From NCBI RefSeq assembly GCF_000009045.1, contig NC_000964.3:1200001-1232000 (forward strand): DNA of 32,000 nt, read 5' to 3'. Within the stretch, counting starts at the first letter, position 1. Each line of letters opens with the position of its first letter. This DNA is from Bacillus subtilis subsp. subtilis str. 168. Its GTDB lineage: Bacteria; Bacillota; Bacilli; Bacillales; Bacillaceae. The translations under genes were made by a program, and so were the position numbers. The notes beneath the pieces are model-generated. The model was not told the DNA's origin and made no database searches. It saw nothing but the letters and a program-made list of their open reading frames with translations. Shown piece by piece: positions 1-10,499 of this stretch.

Positions 1-1
1 A

Positions 2-388
2 AGCATCATCAGCCGCTTTCCGACTCTAGGCATTTGTCTCGGACATCAGCTGATCGCGCTCGCGTTTGGAGGGAATACTTTTAAGCTGCCATTCGGGCAC
101 AGGGGAGCTAATCATCCGGTCATCGACCGTAAGACGAAACGGGTCTTTATGACAAGCCAAAACCACAGCTATGTGGTTGATGAACAGTCGATTAATGAAG
201 AAGAGCTCACCATCAGGTTTCATCATGTCAATGATACGTCAGTTGAAGGGCTTGCCCATAAAAAACTGCCTGTCATGAGTGTTCAATTCCACCCGGAAGC
301 CCATCCCGGACCTGCGGAAAGCGAATGGATTTTTGATGATTATCTAAAGAATGTGATACCAGCAAGGAGAGAAATCGCGCATGCCTAA
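2..388 (+). CDS. carA: Arginine-specific carbamoyl-phosphate synthase small (glutaminase) chain, C-terminal part, truncated by the window edge
   Basis: Open frame running in from the window start; contains the class I GATase C-terminal motif region 'VMSVQFHPEAHPGP'; immediately followed by carB with overlap. Confidence 0.93.
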   Translation, partial: SIISRFPTLGICLGHQLIALAFGGNTFKLPFGHRGANHPVIDRKTKRVFMTSQNHSYVVDEQSINEEELTIRFHHVNDTSVEGLAHKKLPVMSVQFHPEAHPGPAESEWIFDDYLKNVIPARREIAHA

Positions 389-3300
389 AGACACCAGTAT
401 TTCAAGCATATTAGTAATTGGCTCAGGCCCGATCATCATCGGGCAGGCGGCAGAATTTGATTATTCAGGCACTCAAGGGTGCATCGCGCTGAAGGAGGAG
501 GGCTACCGGGTAATTCTCGTCAACAGCAATCCGGCGACAATTATGACTGATGAAGCCTTCGCTGATGAAATTTATTTTGAGCCTCTGACAGCAGAAAGCC
601 TGACAGCCATCATTAAGAAAGAACGGCCTGATGGGCTTCTTGCCAATTTAGGCGGTCAGACCGCGTTGAATTTAGCGGTGGAGCTTGAAGAAACGGGTGT
701 TTTAAAAGAGCACGGCGTCAAACTCCTCGGCACATCCGTTGAAACGATACAAAAAGGAGAGGACCGGGAAAAATTCCGTTCGTTAATGAATGAATTAAAA
801 CAGCCTGTGCCGGAGAGTGAAATTGTTGATAACGAGGCCGATGCCCTCCATTTTGCGGAATCCATCGGTTTTCCTGTTATTATCAGACCAGCTTACACAT
901 TAGGCGGAAAGGGCGGAGGAATCGCCCCTGATAAAGAAGCCTTTACAGCTATGATTAAGCAGGCGCTATTAGCAAGCCCGATCAATCAATGCCTTGTCGA
1001 AAAAAGCATTGCCGGCTTTAAAGAAATTGAATATGAAGTCATGCGTGACAGCAATAACACATGCATTACCGTCTGCAATATGGAAAATATCGATCCGGTC
1101 GGCGTGCATACAGGTGACTCTATCGTTGTGGCGCCGTCACAAACATTGACAGACGAAGACTATCAAATGCTGCGGACAGCAAGTCTGACGATCATCTCAG
1201 CACTTGATGTTGTAGGCGGCTGCAACATTCAATTCGCGCTTGATCCATTCAGCAAGCAATATTACGTCATTGAAGTGAATCCGCGTGTAAGCCGGTCATC
1301 GGCTCTCGCATCTAAAGCGACCGGTTATCCGATTGCGAAGATGGCCGCGAAACTGGCAGTCGGATACACTCTTGACGAGCTGAAAAATCCGCTCACAGGC
1401 TCGACTTACGCAAGCTTTGAACCGGCACTGGATTATGTGATCGTCAAATTTCCGCGCTGGCCGTTTGATAAATTCAAAAACGCAGACCGCAAGCTTGGCA
1501 CAAAAATGAAAGCCACCGGTGAAGTGATGGCGATTGAACGGAATTTAGAAGCGGCGATACAAAAGGCAGCCGCGTCGCTTGAATTAAAAAATATCGGGAC
1601 ACACCTTCCAGAGCTCAGCGGGTTGTCAATTGATACGCTATGGGATTTGGCAATCACTCCGGATGACCGCAGATTTTTCGTTGTCATGGAGCTGTTGAGC
1701 CGCAGCGTCTCGATTGATGACATCCATGAAAAAACAAAAATTGATCCGTTTTTCCTTCATACCTTTGACAACATCATCAAATTGGAAAACCGCCTGATGG
1801 AAGCAGGGAGCGATCTCTCTTTTGAATTATTGAAGAAAGCAAAGGAAAAGGGATTCTCAGACGCAACGATTGCCTCGCTGATCAGCAAAACAGAAGAAGA
1901 GGTGCGCGCGCTTCGCAAGGAGATGGGCATTACGCCTTCCTTTAAAATCGTAGATACATGCGCGGCAGAGTTTGATGCGAAAACAAACTATTTTTACTCC
2001 ACATATTTCGGAGAGACCGATGGAGACATCAGCCGCAAAGAGAAAAAACGCGCGCTCATTATCGGATCAGGCCCGATTCGGATCGGCCAAGGCGTTGAAT
2101 TTGATTACAGTGCTGTTCACGGTGTGCTGACACTGCAAGAGCTTGGGTTCGAAACCATCATGATTAACAATAACCCGGAAACTGTCAGCACCGATTATGA
2201 AATTGCGGACCGCCTGTATTTTGAACCGATGACAACGGAGCATATTGTAAACGTGGCGGAGCAGGAAAATATTGATTTTGCAATTGTGCAATTTGGCGGT
2301 CAAACTGCAATCAATGCTGCTGAAGCGCTCGAAAAAGCCGGCATTACTCTTCTTGGCACATCATTTCAAACGCTCGACGTGTTAGAGGATCGGGATCAAT
2401 TTTATCAGCTTCTTGACGAGCTGGGATTGAAGCACGCAAAAGGAGAAATTGCTTATACAAAAGAAGAAGCCGCTTCAAAAGCGAGTGAGATCGGCTATCC
2501 GGTGTTAATCCGCCCATCTTACGTTATCGGCGGAATGGGCATGATCATTGTTGACTCGCAAGCCCAGCTTTCTCAGCTGCTGAATGATGAGGACAGCATG
2601 CCATACCCGATTTTAATTGATCAGTATGTGTCTGGAAAGGAAGTCGAAATTGATTTGATTTCCGACGGCGAGGAAGTCTTTATCCCGACATATACCGAGC
2701 ATATTGAACGGGCAGGTGTCCATTCAGGGGACAGTTTTGCCATTCTTCCCGGACCGTCCATCACGAGCGGGCTGCAGCAGGGCATGAAAGATGCGGCACA
2801 AAAAATTGCCCGAAAACTTTCATTTAAAGGCATCATGAACATTCAATTTGTGATCGACAATGGAAACATACTCGTTCTTGAAGTGAATCCGAGAGCGAGC
2901 CGCACGGTTCCTGTCGTCAGCAAAGTAATGGGCGTTCCGATGATTCCGCTCGCCACACGTCTGCTGGCGGGAGCGTCCTTAAAAGATCTAAATCCGGCAG
3001 TTCAAAATCATCATGGAGTTGCCGTGAAGTTCCCTGTTTTTTCTTCTCATGCGATCCAGGATGTGGATGTCAAGCTTGGACCGGAAATGAAATCAACGGG
3101 AGAAGGCATGTGTGTCGCATATGATTCTAACAGCGCCTTGAAAAAAATCTATACAAGAGTCTGGAGTCAAAAAGGAAGCATTTATTTGCAAAACGTTCCG
3201 GAAGATGTGAAGGAGTTAGCAGAAAACGCAGGTTTTACAATACATGAAGGAACATTTGCCTCATGGATGGAACAGGAAGGAAACTCGCTCCACATTAATC

Positions 3301-3473
3301 TGAGCGGTTCTGAAGAAGCACGCAAAGAACGTTTGGAAGCCATGACGCACGGCATCCCCGTCTTTACAGAAGAAGAAACTGTGCGGGCGTTTTTACAAAG
3401 CGGTTCAGGCCATCCGCAGCCTGTATCTCTCAAAGACCTCTATAAAAAGGAAGTGGCATCATGCACACAGTGA
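381..3473 (+). CDS. carB: Arginine-specific carbamoyl-phosphate synthase large chain
   Basis: 1030 aa ORF with duplicated ATP-grasp architecture ([18 protein letters not shown] and [17 protein letters not shown]); located between carA and argF. Confidence 0.97.
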   Translation: MPKDTSISSILVIGSGPIIIGQAAEFDYSGTQGCIALKEEGYRVILVNSNPATIMTDEAFADEIYFEPLTAESLTAIIKKERPDGLLANLGGQTALNLAVELEETGVLKEHGVKLLGTSVETIQKGEDREKFRSLMNELKQPVPESEIVDNEADALHFAESIGFPVIIRPAYTLGGKGGGIAPDKEAFTAMIKQALLASPINQCLVEKSIAGFKEIEYEVMRDSNNTCITVCNMENIDPVGVHTGDSIVVAPSQTLTDEDYQMLRTASLTIISALDVVGGCNIQFALDPFSKQYYVIEVNPRVSRSSALASKATGYPIAKMAAKLAVGYTLDELKNPLTGSTYASFEPALDYVIVKFPRWPFDKFKNADRKLGTKMKATGEVMAIERNLEAAIQKAAASLELKNIGTHLPELSGLSIDTLWDLAITPDDRRFFVVMELLSRSVSIDDIHEKTKIDPFFLHTFDNIIKLENRLMEAGSDLSFELLKKAKEKGFSDATIASLISKTEEEVRALRKEMGITPSFKIVDTCAAEFDAKTNYFYSTYFGETDGDISRKEKKRALIIGSGPIRIGQGVEFDYSAVHGVLTLQELGFETIMINNNPETVSTDYEIADRLYFEPMTTEHIVNVAEQENIDFAIVQFGGQTAINAAEALEKAGITLLGTSFQTLDVLEDRDQFYQLLDELGLKHAKGEIAYTKEEAASKASEIGYPVLIRPSYVIGGMGMIIVDSQAQLSQLLNDEDSMPYPILIDQYVSGKEVEIDLISDGEEVFIPTYTEHIERAGVHSGDSFAILPGPSITSGLQQGMKDAAQKIARKLSFKGIMNIQFVIDNGNILVLEVNPRASRTVPVVSKVMGVPMIPLATRLLAGASLKDLNPAVQNHHGVAVKFPVFSSHAIQDVDVKLGPEMKSTGEGMCVAYDSNSALKKIYTRVWSQKGSIYLQNVPEDVKELAENAGFTIHEGTFASWMEQEGNSLHINLSGSEEARKERLEAMTHGIPVFTEEETVRAFLQSGSGHPQPVSLKDLYKKEVASCTQ

Positions 3474-4420
3474 CGCAAACCAGTTTATACGGAAAAGATT
3501 TATTAACGTTAAAGGACCTTAGTGAAGAAGATATAAACGCCTTGCTCGCAGAAGCCGGTGAGCTGAAACAAAACAAAATTCAGCCTATATTCCATGGCAA
3601 AACCTTGGCGATGATTTTTGAAAAATCATCAACGCGGACCCGTGTTTCATTTGAAGCGGGCATGGCGCAGCTGGGCGGGAGCGCCCTCTTTCTAAGCCAG
3701 AAAGATCTGCAGCTGGGGCGCGGTGAGACTGTCGCTGATACGGCAAAAGTGCTGTCAGGCTATGTGGATGCCATCATGATCCGGACCTTTGAACATGAAA
3801 AGGTGGAGGAACTTGCCAAAGAAGCTGACATTCCGGTGATCAATGGACTTACCGATAAATACCACCCATGCCAGGCGCTGGCGGATCTCTTGACGATTAA
3901 GGAGATAAAAGGGAAGCTTAAAGGCGTAAAAGTCGCGTACATCGGTGACGGAAATAACGTGGCGCACTCCTTGATGATCGGCTGCGCGAAAATGGGCTGT
4001 GATATCTCGATCGCTTCACCAAAGGGATATGAAGTGTTAGATGAAGCAGCTGAAGCGGCAAAGACATATGCACTTCAATCCGGCTCTTCTGTCACGCTGA
4101 CAGATGATCCGATTGAAGCTGTAAAAGACGCGGACGTGATTTATTCTGATGTGTTTACAAGCATGGGGCAGGAAGCGGAAGAGCAAGAACGTCTTGCTGT
4201 CTTTGCGCCTTATCAGGTGAATGCGGCGCTGGTCAGCCATGCCAAGCCTGACTATACATTTTTACATTGTCTCCCTGCGCATCGCGAGGAAGAAGTGACT
4301 GCGGAGATTATTGACGGGCCGAACTCTGCAGTGTTCCAGCAGGCGGAAAACCGTCTTCATGTGCAAAAAGCACTGCTGAAGGCCATTTTATATAAAGGGG
4401 AATCATCAAAAAACTGCTGA
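3461..4420 (+). CDS. argF: Ornithine carbamoyltransferase
   Basis: 319 aa ORF with the carbamoyl phosphate-binding motif '[13 protein letters not shown]' and ornithine-binding motifs 'HPCQALAD' and '[12 protein letters not shown]'; start overlaps the carB stop. Confidence 0.97.
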   Translation: MHTVTQTSLYGKDLLTLKDLSEEDINALLAEAGELKQNKIQPIFHGKTLAMIFEKSSTRTRVSFEAGMAQLGGSALFLSQKDLQLGRGETVADTAKVLSGYVDAIMIRTFEHEKVEELAKEADIPVINGLTDKYHPCQALADLLTIKEIKGKLKGVKVAYIGDGNNVAHSLMIGCAKMGCDISIASPKGYEVLDEAAEAAKTYALQSGSSVTLTDDPIEAVKDADVIYSDVFTSMGQEAEEQERLAVFAPYQVNAALVSHAKPDYTFLHCLPAHREEEVTAEIIDGPNSAVFQQAENRLHVQKALLKAILYKGESSKNC

Positions 4421-4441
4421 GCCAAACTCAGCAGTTTTTTT
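4408..4441 (+). terminator. Rho-independent terminator of the arg/car operon
   Basis: aaaaactgctga-gccaaac-tcagcagttttttt: GC-containing stem plus T run; the argF TGA stop lies inside the 5' arm. Confidence 0.9.
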
Positions 4442-4448
4442 GATGGCA

Positions 4449-4478
4449 ACATATTCACAGCCGCTTAGGCGCATACTA
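4449..4478 (+). promoter_or_regulatory. Candidate sporulation (sigG-type forespore) promoter for yjzC
   Basis: ACATA (4449-4453), 18 nt spacer, CATACTA (4472-4478); resembles the GHATR-N18-CATWHTA pattern. Confidence 0.4.
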
Positions 4479-4505
4479 CAGCAAAAAGGAAAAGGAGGAA
4501 AAACA

Positions 4506-4685
4506 GTGGGACAGCAGCACCAATTCCGGCCCGGACAGAAAGCGCCTAATAACGGTGTCTACGTAGAAATCGGCGAGACAGGGAGCATGGTTAAAAACCC
4601 TCAAAAGGTCCATCTGTCAGCAGGGGAAATGTTCCCCGAAACATCAAACCACAACCGGCTGTGGACCTACAAAAGAAAGCCGTGA
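4506..4685 (+). CDS. yjzC: YjzC family small protein (59 aa), GTG start
   Basis: GQQHQFRPGQKAPNNGVYVEIGETGSMVKNPQ...; strong SD aaaggagg just upstream of the GTG. The longer ORF from 4440 lacks support for its first 22 codons. Confidence 0.85.
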   Translation: MGQQHQFRPGQKAPNNGVYVEIGETGSMVKNPQKVHLSAGEMFPETSNHNRLWTYKRKP

Positions 4686-4689
4686 CCAC

Positions 4690-4725
4690 TAAAAAACCCA
4701 AAACAATAAATGTTTTGGGTTTTTG
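4690..4725. terminator. Bidirectional terminator between convergent yjzC and yjzD
   Basis: aaaaaacccaaaaca-ataaa-tgttttgggtttttt symmetric stem with an A run on one side and a T run on the other. Confidence 0.88.
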
Positions 4726-4730
4726 GCTTT

Positions 4731-4916
4731 TTAATGCTGGCTTGCATTTTTGTTCATAGGCATGATTTCTGCTAAAACCATGATTAAGACATACAGTACA
4801 ACAGCAATGACAGATGATGTTTTGAAATTATACGTAACGCTGTTCATGCTTGCAACCAAGTAGCATGCCATATGTGATAAAAGGAACGTCCAAATAAAGG
4901 CAATAATATATCGCAC
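4731..4916 (-). CDS. yjzD: Small membrane protein YjzD (61 aa)
   Basis: Two hydrophobic segments: MRYIIAFIWTFLLSHMACYLVASM... and SSVIAVVLYVLIMVLAEIM; convergent with yjzC. Confidence 0.8.
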   Translation of the reverse strand: MRYIIAFIWTFLLSHMACYLVASMNSVTYNFKTSSVIAVVLYVLIMVLAEIMPMNKNASQH

Positions 4917-5164
4917 GTTTCCACCTCGTCCTTCTCATTCTATTCTAAAAGTTATCATACCATACAAAAAGCGAAGGGGGAATCCAATTTTAGCAGAAAG
5001 TGAGGTGACAAAAGAGTCTGATTCGTCACACTTTAATGGTAAAATATAAAACGTCAATCAGTATAATAGCCAAAAATGTAAAAGGCTAGGACTTTACCTT
5101 ATTCGTTTCTTTTCTATTTACATAAGATAGCGTGAGATGAAGTGTGAAAGGAGGCGGGCAAGCG

Positions 5165-5899
5165 ATGGGAATAACGGAAAGATACTTTCAACTGGGAACG
5201 GAGCATAATGTCATTCATCTGCCCTATCGCCCGAACGGCTTCGGCATCTTTATCTTGGGGGACAGAACCCACTTTGTCGGACATGATTCAAGCTTTTGGC
5301 AGCAGCATTATGGCAGAAATCAGCTTCTGAGCATGTTGATGAATGAAGGATACACTCTTTTTAACAGCAATCTGTTCGGAAGGCATTGGGGGGCGGAAAA
5401 AGCAGTCACCTATGCCAAACAGCTGATACATTCTGTGCTGAAGCAGGAAATCCTCAATCCGAAGATTCATATTTTAGCAGAAGGCATGGGTGCTCTCGTG
5501 GCCGATGAACTGCTTCGTTTTTCCCCGGATCATATCCGCTCAGCCGCAATGTTGAATCCTTGTCTCGATCTTCAGGCACATTATGAATCGGAAAAAGAAA
5601 ATAAATTTTTCTATAAGCAATTTTTGAAAGAAGTATCGAAAAGCTACGGAATTTCTGAAAAAGAAGCGGAAGCGATTCGTTATAAAACAATTCAAAGCTA
5701 CCCGAGCGGCGTACCGGTTCATATATGGCAGCGTATGACCGGAGCTCCATATCCCTACAGCGTACATGCGGAAGTTTTCAAGGAAAAACAGCAAAAGCAA
5801 GGCTCACCGGTCGACATGACATTTCATTTATTTGAGCATCCAAGCAGAATTTATGCATCAATTTGCAAATTCTTTCATAGTCATGAAAAAGAATTATAG
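5165..5899 (+). CDS. yjaU: Uncharacterised protein YjaU, possible alpha/beta-hydrolase-like
   Basis: 244 aa from the ATG at 5165 preceded by aaaggaggcggg; contains a lipase-like '[14 protein letters not shown]' segment. ORF track starts 7 codons earlier. Confidence 0.75.
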
Positions 5900-5910
5900 A
5901 GAATATAATG

Positions 5911-5944
5911 ACAACAGCCTTCTCTTTTGCGGAGGCTGTTTTGT
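5911..5944 (+). terminator. Terminator-like hairpin between yjaU and yjaV
   Basis: acaacagcct-tctcttttgcgg-aggctgttttgt, followed by a T-rich tract. Confidence 0.6.
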
Positions 5945-5980
5945 TTTGGGAAATGAAAAACCGGAAGGGCGGCAGATGCA

Positions 5981-6538
5981 ATGGAATCAACGCTGATTGT
6001 AGGTGCGGACGAATTTTTCGGCCTTTCATTATGTGAGCGAATGATGGATGAAGGCATACATGTTGACGTTGTTCTGGCGGAAACAGAAGATAAAATGAGA
6101 CAAATGTACTTAGAAGAAAGACTCATGTGGCTTGGGAGAAATGAACTCTTTCGCCAGCTTGAACACATTGGAGACCAAAATTATGATACAATTTGTATCC
6201 AGTTCGGAAGTTTTTTGCCTTTAGACCAATATGATTCTCCTTATATTTTAGTATATGAAGAAGACCGAAAAGAATGGGATAAACGTGAAAAAACAGGCTC
6301 GGAAAAAACCGTGATCCTGCCGAAAATGTACGGGCCATGGAAAGAAGAAACAGAGGAAGACGGCTATTACACAAACGACGTGGCTGACGAGTTGCTGAGA
6401 TTCCTGTTAGAACCAAGCCGTCATAGCAAAGATCAGCTTTTTGAATTGCAAGTCACAGAGAAAACCTCAAAAGAAGAAGCAAAAACAAAAATTATCGAGT
6501 GGAAAAGACAATTTTCATCAATTTTCGACAAATATTAA
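5981..6538 (+). CDS. yjaV: Conserved protein YjaV (185 aa), unknown function
   Basis: ORF with an SD-like ggaagggcgg upstream; position and sequence match the yjaU-yjaV-med order. N-terminus ESTLIVGADEFFGLSLCERMMDEG resembles a nucleotide-binding Rossmann start. Confidence 0.8.
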   Translation: MESTLIVGADEFFGLSLCERMMDEGIHVDVVLAETEDKMRQMYLEERLMWLGRNELFRQLEHIGDQNYDTICIQFGSFLPLDQYDSPYILVYEEDRKEWDKREKTGSEKTVILPKMYGPWKEETEEDGYYTNDVADELLRFLLEPSRHSKDQLFELQVTEKTSKEEAKTKIIEWKRQFSSIFDKY

Positions 6539-6628
6539 GAAAAACCTTCCATGTTTCGAGTTTTCTAGATACAATAAACGTATAAAAATAATACATGTTA
6601 TAGCTTGTCAAAAGGAGTTGAACATGAC

Positions 6629-7582
6629 TTGATCACAAGGCTTGTCATGATCTTTTCTGTCCTCCTTTTATTGAGTGGATGTGGACAAACTCCGTTCAAA
6701 GGAAAAATTGAGAAGGTCGGCATGCTCTTTCCTGATACGATTAATGACCTCGTATGGGGCACAAAAGGGTATAAAGGATTACTGAATATACAATCCAAAT
6801 ACAATGTGGACGTCTATTATAAAGAAGGCGTTAAAACAGAAGAAGATATCATAAATGCGATTGAGGATTTTCATAAGAGGGGCGTCAATCTGCTCTACGG
6901 CCATGGGAGTGAATATGCTGAGGTGTTTAACTTGGTCGGCGAAGATTATCCAGATATGGAATTCGTCATTTCCAATGCGAAAGCGAAAGCTGATAATGTA
7001 ACAAGTGTCCATTTTAGCGGGGAAGCAATGGGCTTTTTTGGAGGAATGACTGCTGCCCATATGTCGAAAACGAATCAGGTCGGTGTAATTGCTTCCTTTA
7101 CGTGGCAGCCTGAGGTTGACGGTTTTATCAAAGGGGCCAAGTATGAAAATCCGGATATAGAGGTAAATACGAAATATACGGATCATTGGGATGATGATAC
7201 AACAGCAGTAAAGCTTTATCAGAAAATGAAGAACGAAGGCGCGGATGTTGTGTATCCCGCCGGAGACGGGTATAATGTTCCTGTTATTCAGCAAATCAAA
7301 AAAGACGGTCTTTATGCCATAGGCTACGTCACAGATCAATCGGATCTGGGCGAGAATACCGTATTAACCAGCACGGTGCAAAATGTGGACAAGGCCTATG
7401 AAATCATTGCTGAACAATTTAATAAAGGCACCCTTGAGGGCGGCGATCATTACTACGACCTGAACACGGGAGTCGTTGAGATGGGAACATTCAGCCCGCT
7501 CGTCGATCAAGACTTTCAGCAAAGAATCGCCAAGCTGATCAAAACATACAACAAAACAGGCGAGCTGCCAAAAAACGAGTAA
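6629..7582 (+). CDS. med: Med, positive regulator of comK; BMP/PnrA-type substrate-binding lipoprotein fold
   Basis: 317 aa from TTG at 6629; N-terminal lipobox-type signal 'LVMIFSVLLLLSGCG'; BMP-family core 'KVGMLFPDTINDLVWGTKGYKGL'; followed by comZ. Confidence 0.88.
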   Translation: MITRLVMIFSVLLLLSGCGQTPFKGKIEKVGMLFPDTINDLVWGTKGYKGLLNIQSKYNVDVYYKEGVKTEEDIINAIEDFHKRGVNLLYGHGSEYAEVFNLVGEDYPDMEFVISNAKAKADNVTSVHFSGEAMGFFGGMTAAHMSKTNQVGVIASFTWQPEVDGFIKGAKYENPDIEVNTKYTDHWDDDTTAVKLYQKMKNEGADVVYPAGDGYNVPVIQQIKKDGLYAIGYVTDQSDLGENTVLTSTVQNVDKAYEIIAEQFNKGTLEGGDHYYDLNTGVVEMGTFSPLVDQDFQQRIAKLIKTYNKTGELPKNE

Positions 7583-7596
7583 TGGAGTGACGTCAC

Positions 7597-7788
7597 ATGC
7601 AGCACGAAAAATCACTTGAATTCTTGCAAATTGCCATGAAATATCTCCCTGAAGCGAAAGAACAGCTTGAGAAATCAGGCATTGAGCTCTCAATGGAGGC
7701 CATCCAGCCGTTTATGAATCTATTTACAACGGTAATGGCGGAAGCTTATGAGCTTGGCAAGTCTGACGCTAAATCTGAAACAGAATAA
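7597..7788 (+). CDS. comZ: ComZ, late competence gene repressor (63 aa)
   Basis: MQHEKSLEFLQIAMKYLPEAKEQLEKSGIELSMEAIQPF...; directly downstream of med. Confidence 0.9.
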   Translation: MQHEKSLEFLQIAMKYLPEAKEQLEKSGIELSMEAIQPFMNLFTTVMAEAYELGKSDAKSETE

Positions 7789-7789
7789 G

Positions 7790-7818
7790 AAGAAGCCACT
7801 TTTTTGAAAGTGGCTTTT
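7790..7818. terminator. Terminator between convergent comZ and yjzB
   Basis: gaagccact-ttttga-aagtggctttt stem-loop followed by T-rich sequence. Confidence 0.8.
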
Positions 7819-8057
7819 CACATGATTTTCTTTTTAATAGCGGAGAGCATGGGCGCAAGCTCCTTTAAAGCGGGCTTGATTTGATCAAGAGAGTTCATAA
7901 TTGAACCGATTTGGTCCATAATATGCATGTAATTAATCGTCTCTTCGTCGTTTGTCTGAGAAACCTGAGAAACTTCCTCTTGCTGTTCCTCCTCCTTCTC
8001 TTCTGTTGGTTTTGCTGCATCGCCGAACATCATTCTTGAAAACACATCCAACTGCAT
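7818..8057 (-). CDS. yjzB: Small uncharacterised protein YjzB (79 aa)
   Basis: Internal ATG at 8057 has a strong SD (aaaggaggcgt) on the minus strand; MQLDVFSRMMFGDAAKPTEEKEEEQQ... Confidence 0.82.
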   Translation of the reverse strand: MQLDVFSRMMFGDAAKPTEEKEEEQQEEVSQVSQTNDEETINYMHIMDQIGSIMNSLDQIKPALKELAPMLSAIKKKIM

Positions 8058-8119
8058 ACGCCTCCTTTCCATATACCATACTCTATGAGTAAGATGAACT
8101 GATAGTTTAGACGAATATA

Positions 8120-8148
8120 TTGCCATGTGAAAAAAAATAGGATAGAAT
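8120..8148 (+). promoter_or_regulatory. SigA promoter for fabHA-fabF
   Basis: TTGCCA (8120-8125), 17 nt spacer, TAGAAT (8143-8148). Confidence 0.8.
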
Positions 8149-8165
8149 TAGTACCTGATACTAAT
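8147..8165. promoter_or_regulatory. FapR operator
   Basis: ATTAGTACCTGATACTAAT, a near-perfect inverted repeat overlapping the -10/+1 region; matches the known FapR operator. Confidence 0.92.
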
Positions 8166-8221
8166 AATTGATCACAACCTGATTGATCTTCTAAATTTAA
8201 GATATAAAGGAGTCTTCCCTA

Positions 8222-9160
8222 ATGAAAGCTGGAATACTTGGTGTTGGACGTTACATTCCTGAGAAGGTTTTAACAAATCATGATCTTGAAAAAATGGTTG
8301 AAACTTCTGACGAGTGGATTCGTACAAGAACAGGAATAGAAGAAAGAAGAATCGCAGCAGATGATGTGTTTTCATCACATATGGCTGTTGCAGCAGCGAA
8401 AAATGCGCTGGAACAAGCTGAAGTGGCTGCTGAGGATCTGGATATGATCTTGGTTGCAACTGTTACACCTGATCAGTCATTCCCTACGGTCTCTTGTATG
8501 ATTCAAGAACAACTCGGCGCGAAGAAAGCGTGTGCTATGGATATCAGCGCGGCTTGTGCGGGCTTCATGTACGGGGTTGTAACCGGTAAACAATTTATTG
8601 AATCCGGAACCTACAAGCATGTTCTAGTTGTTGGTGTAGAGAAGCTCTCAAGCATTACCGACTGGGAAGACCGCAATACAGCCGTTCTGTTTGGAGACGG
8701 AGCAGGCGCTGCGGTAGTCGGGCCAGTCAGTGATGACAGAGGAATCCTTTCATTTGAACTAGGAGCCGACGGCACAGGCGGTCAGCACTTGTATCTGAAT
8801 GAAAAACGACATACAATCATGAATGGACGAGAAGTTTTCAAATTTGCAGTCCGCCAAATGGGAGAATCATGCGTAAATGTCATTGAAAAAGCCGGACTTT
8901 CAAAAGAGGATGTCGACTTTTTGATTCCGCATCAGGCGAACATCCGTATCATGGAAGCTGCTCGCGAGCGTTTAGAGCTTCCTGTCGAAAAGATGTCTAA
9001 AACTGTTCATAAATATGGAAATACTTCTGCCGCATCCATTCCGATCTCTCTTGTAGAAGAATTGGAAGCCGGTAAAATCAAAGACGGCGATGTGGTCGTT
9101 ATGGTAGGGTTCGGCGGAGGACTAACATGGGGCGCCATTGCAATCCGCTGGGGCCGATAA
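8222..9160 (+). CDS. fabHA: Beta-ketoacyl-ACP synthase III (KAS III)
   Basis: 312 aa; catalytic 'DISAACAGF' (active-site Cys), 'HQANIRI' and 'GNTSAAS' motifs. Confidence 0.97.
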
Positions 9161-9182
9161 AAAAAGGTGAGGTGCACACAAG

Positions 9183-10424
9183 ATGACTAAAAAAAGAGTA
9201 GTTGTTACAGGACTTGGAGCATTATCTCCACTTGGCAACGACGTCGATACAAGTTGGAATAACGCAATCAACGGTGTGTCCGGAATCGGTCCGATCACTC
9301 GTGTTGACGCTGAAGAATATCCGGCAAAAGTTGCCGCTGAATTAAAAGATTTTAATGTTGAAGATTATATGGATAAAAAAGAAGCCAGAAAAATGGACCG
9401 CTTTACACAATATGCGGTTGTGGCTGCGAAAATGGCGGTTGAAGATGCAGATCTTAACATTACCGATGAGATCGCGCCGAGAGTCGGTGTTTGGGTAGGC
9501 TCCGGTATCGGAGGACTTGAAACACTAGAGTCTCAATTTGAAATCTTCTTAACAAAAGGCCCAAGACGGGTAAGCCCGTTTTTCGTGCCAATGATGATTC
9601 CTGACATGGCGACAGGCCAGATTTCTATTGCATTAGGAGCAAAAGGGGTGAACTCTTGTACGGTTACAGCATGTGCTACAGGAACGAACTCCATCGGTGA
9701 CGCGTTTAAGGTTATTCAGCGCGGTGATGCAGACGTGATGGTCACAGGCGGAACAGAAGCGCCGCTGACAAGAATGTCATTCGCCGGCTTTAGTGCCAAC
9801 AAAGCGCTGTCTACTAATCCAGATCCGAAAACAGCGAGCCGCCCGTTTGATAAAAACCGTGATGGCTTTGTCATGGGGGAAGGTGCAGGGATTATCGTTC
9901 TTGAAGAACTTGAGCATGCCCTGGCCCGCGGCGCTAAAATTTACGGAGAAATTGTCGGCTACGGCTCAACCGGAGACGCTTATCATATCACAGCGCCGGC
10001 CCAAGACGGTGAAGGCGGAGCGAGAGCGATGCAAGAAGCCATTAAAGATGCAGGCATTGCACCTGAAGAAATTGATTACATCAATGCTCACGGGACAAGC
10101 ACGTATTACAACGACAAATACGAAACAATGGCGATTAAGACCGTTTTTGGCGAGCATGCGCATAAACTTGCGGTAAGCTCTACAAAATCGATGACAGGCC
10201 ACCTCTTAGGAGCAGCCGGCGGTATTGAAGCCATTTTCTCTATCCTGGCCATTAAAGAAGGCGTGATTCCGCCGACAATCAATATTCAAACACCTGACGA
10301 AGAATGTGATTTGGATTATGTGCCTGATGAAGCCCGCAGACAGGAACTTAATTATGTTCTCAGCAACTCATTAGGATTCGGCGGACACAACGCAACATTA
10401 ATCTTTAAAAAATATCAATCATAA
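9183..10424 (+). CDS. fabF: Beta-ketoacyl-ACP synthase II (KAS II)
   Basis: 413 aa; '[15 protein letters not shown]', '[11 protein letters not shown]' and '[13 protein letters not shown]' motifs; downstream of fabHA. Confidence 0.98.
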
Positions 10425-10431
10425 TCAAGCC

Positions 10432-10467
10432 AAACCGGCTGCCCTTAAAGGGTAGCCGGTTTTTTTT
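10432..10467 (+). terminator. Terminator of the fabHA-fabF operon
   Basis: aaaccggctgccct-taa-agggtagccggttttttttg. Confidence 0.9.
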
Positions 10468-10499
10468 GTGTGCATAGGATTAAAAGAGGAGGCGATCAC

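Noticed and set aside
2067-2842. Minus-strand ORFs opposite carB (78 and 73 aa, plus others at 656-865, 1433-1723, 3182-3433)
   Set aside because: All lie within the carB coding sequence with no independent promoter/RBS and no recognisable family.
6441-6632. 63-aa ORF between yjaV and med
   Set aside because: Starts inside yjaV, Lys/Gln-rich, overlaps the med promoter/RBS region; not supported.
6779-7339. 186-aa minus-strand ORF opposite med
   Set aside because: Long for an antisense ORF, but the forward strand is a clear BMP-type lipoprotein with codon-like structure; no SD or domain for the reverse product.
9793-10176. 127-aa plus-strand ORF in the alternative frame of fabF
   Set aside because: Internal overlapping frame of a core enzyme; Lys/Arg/Thr-rich translation typical of frame +1 artefacts.
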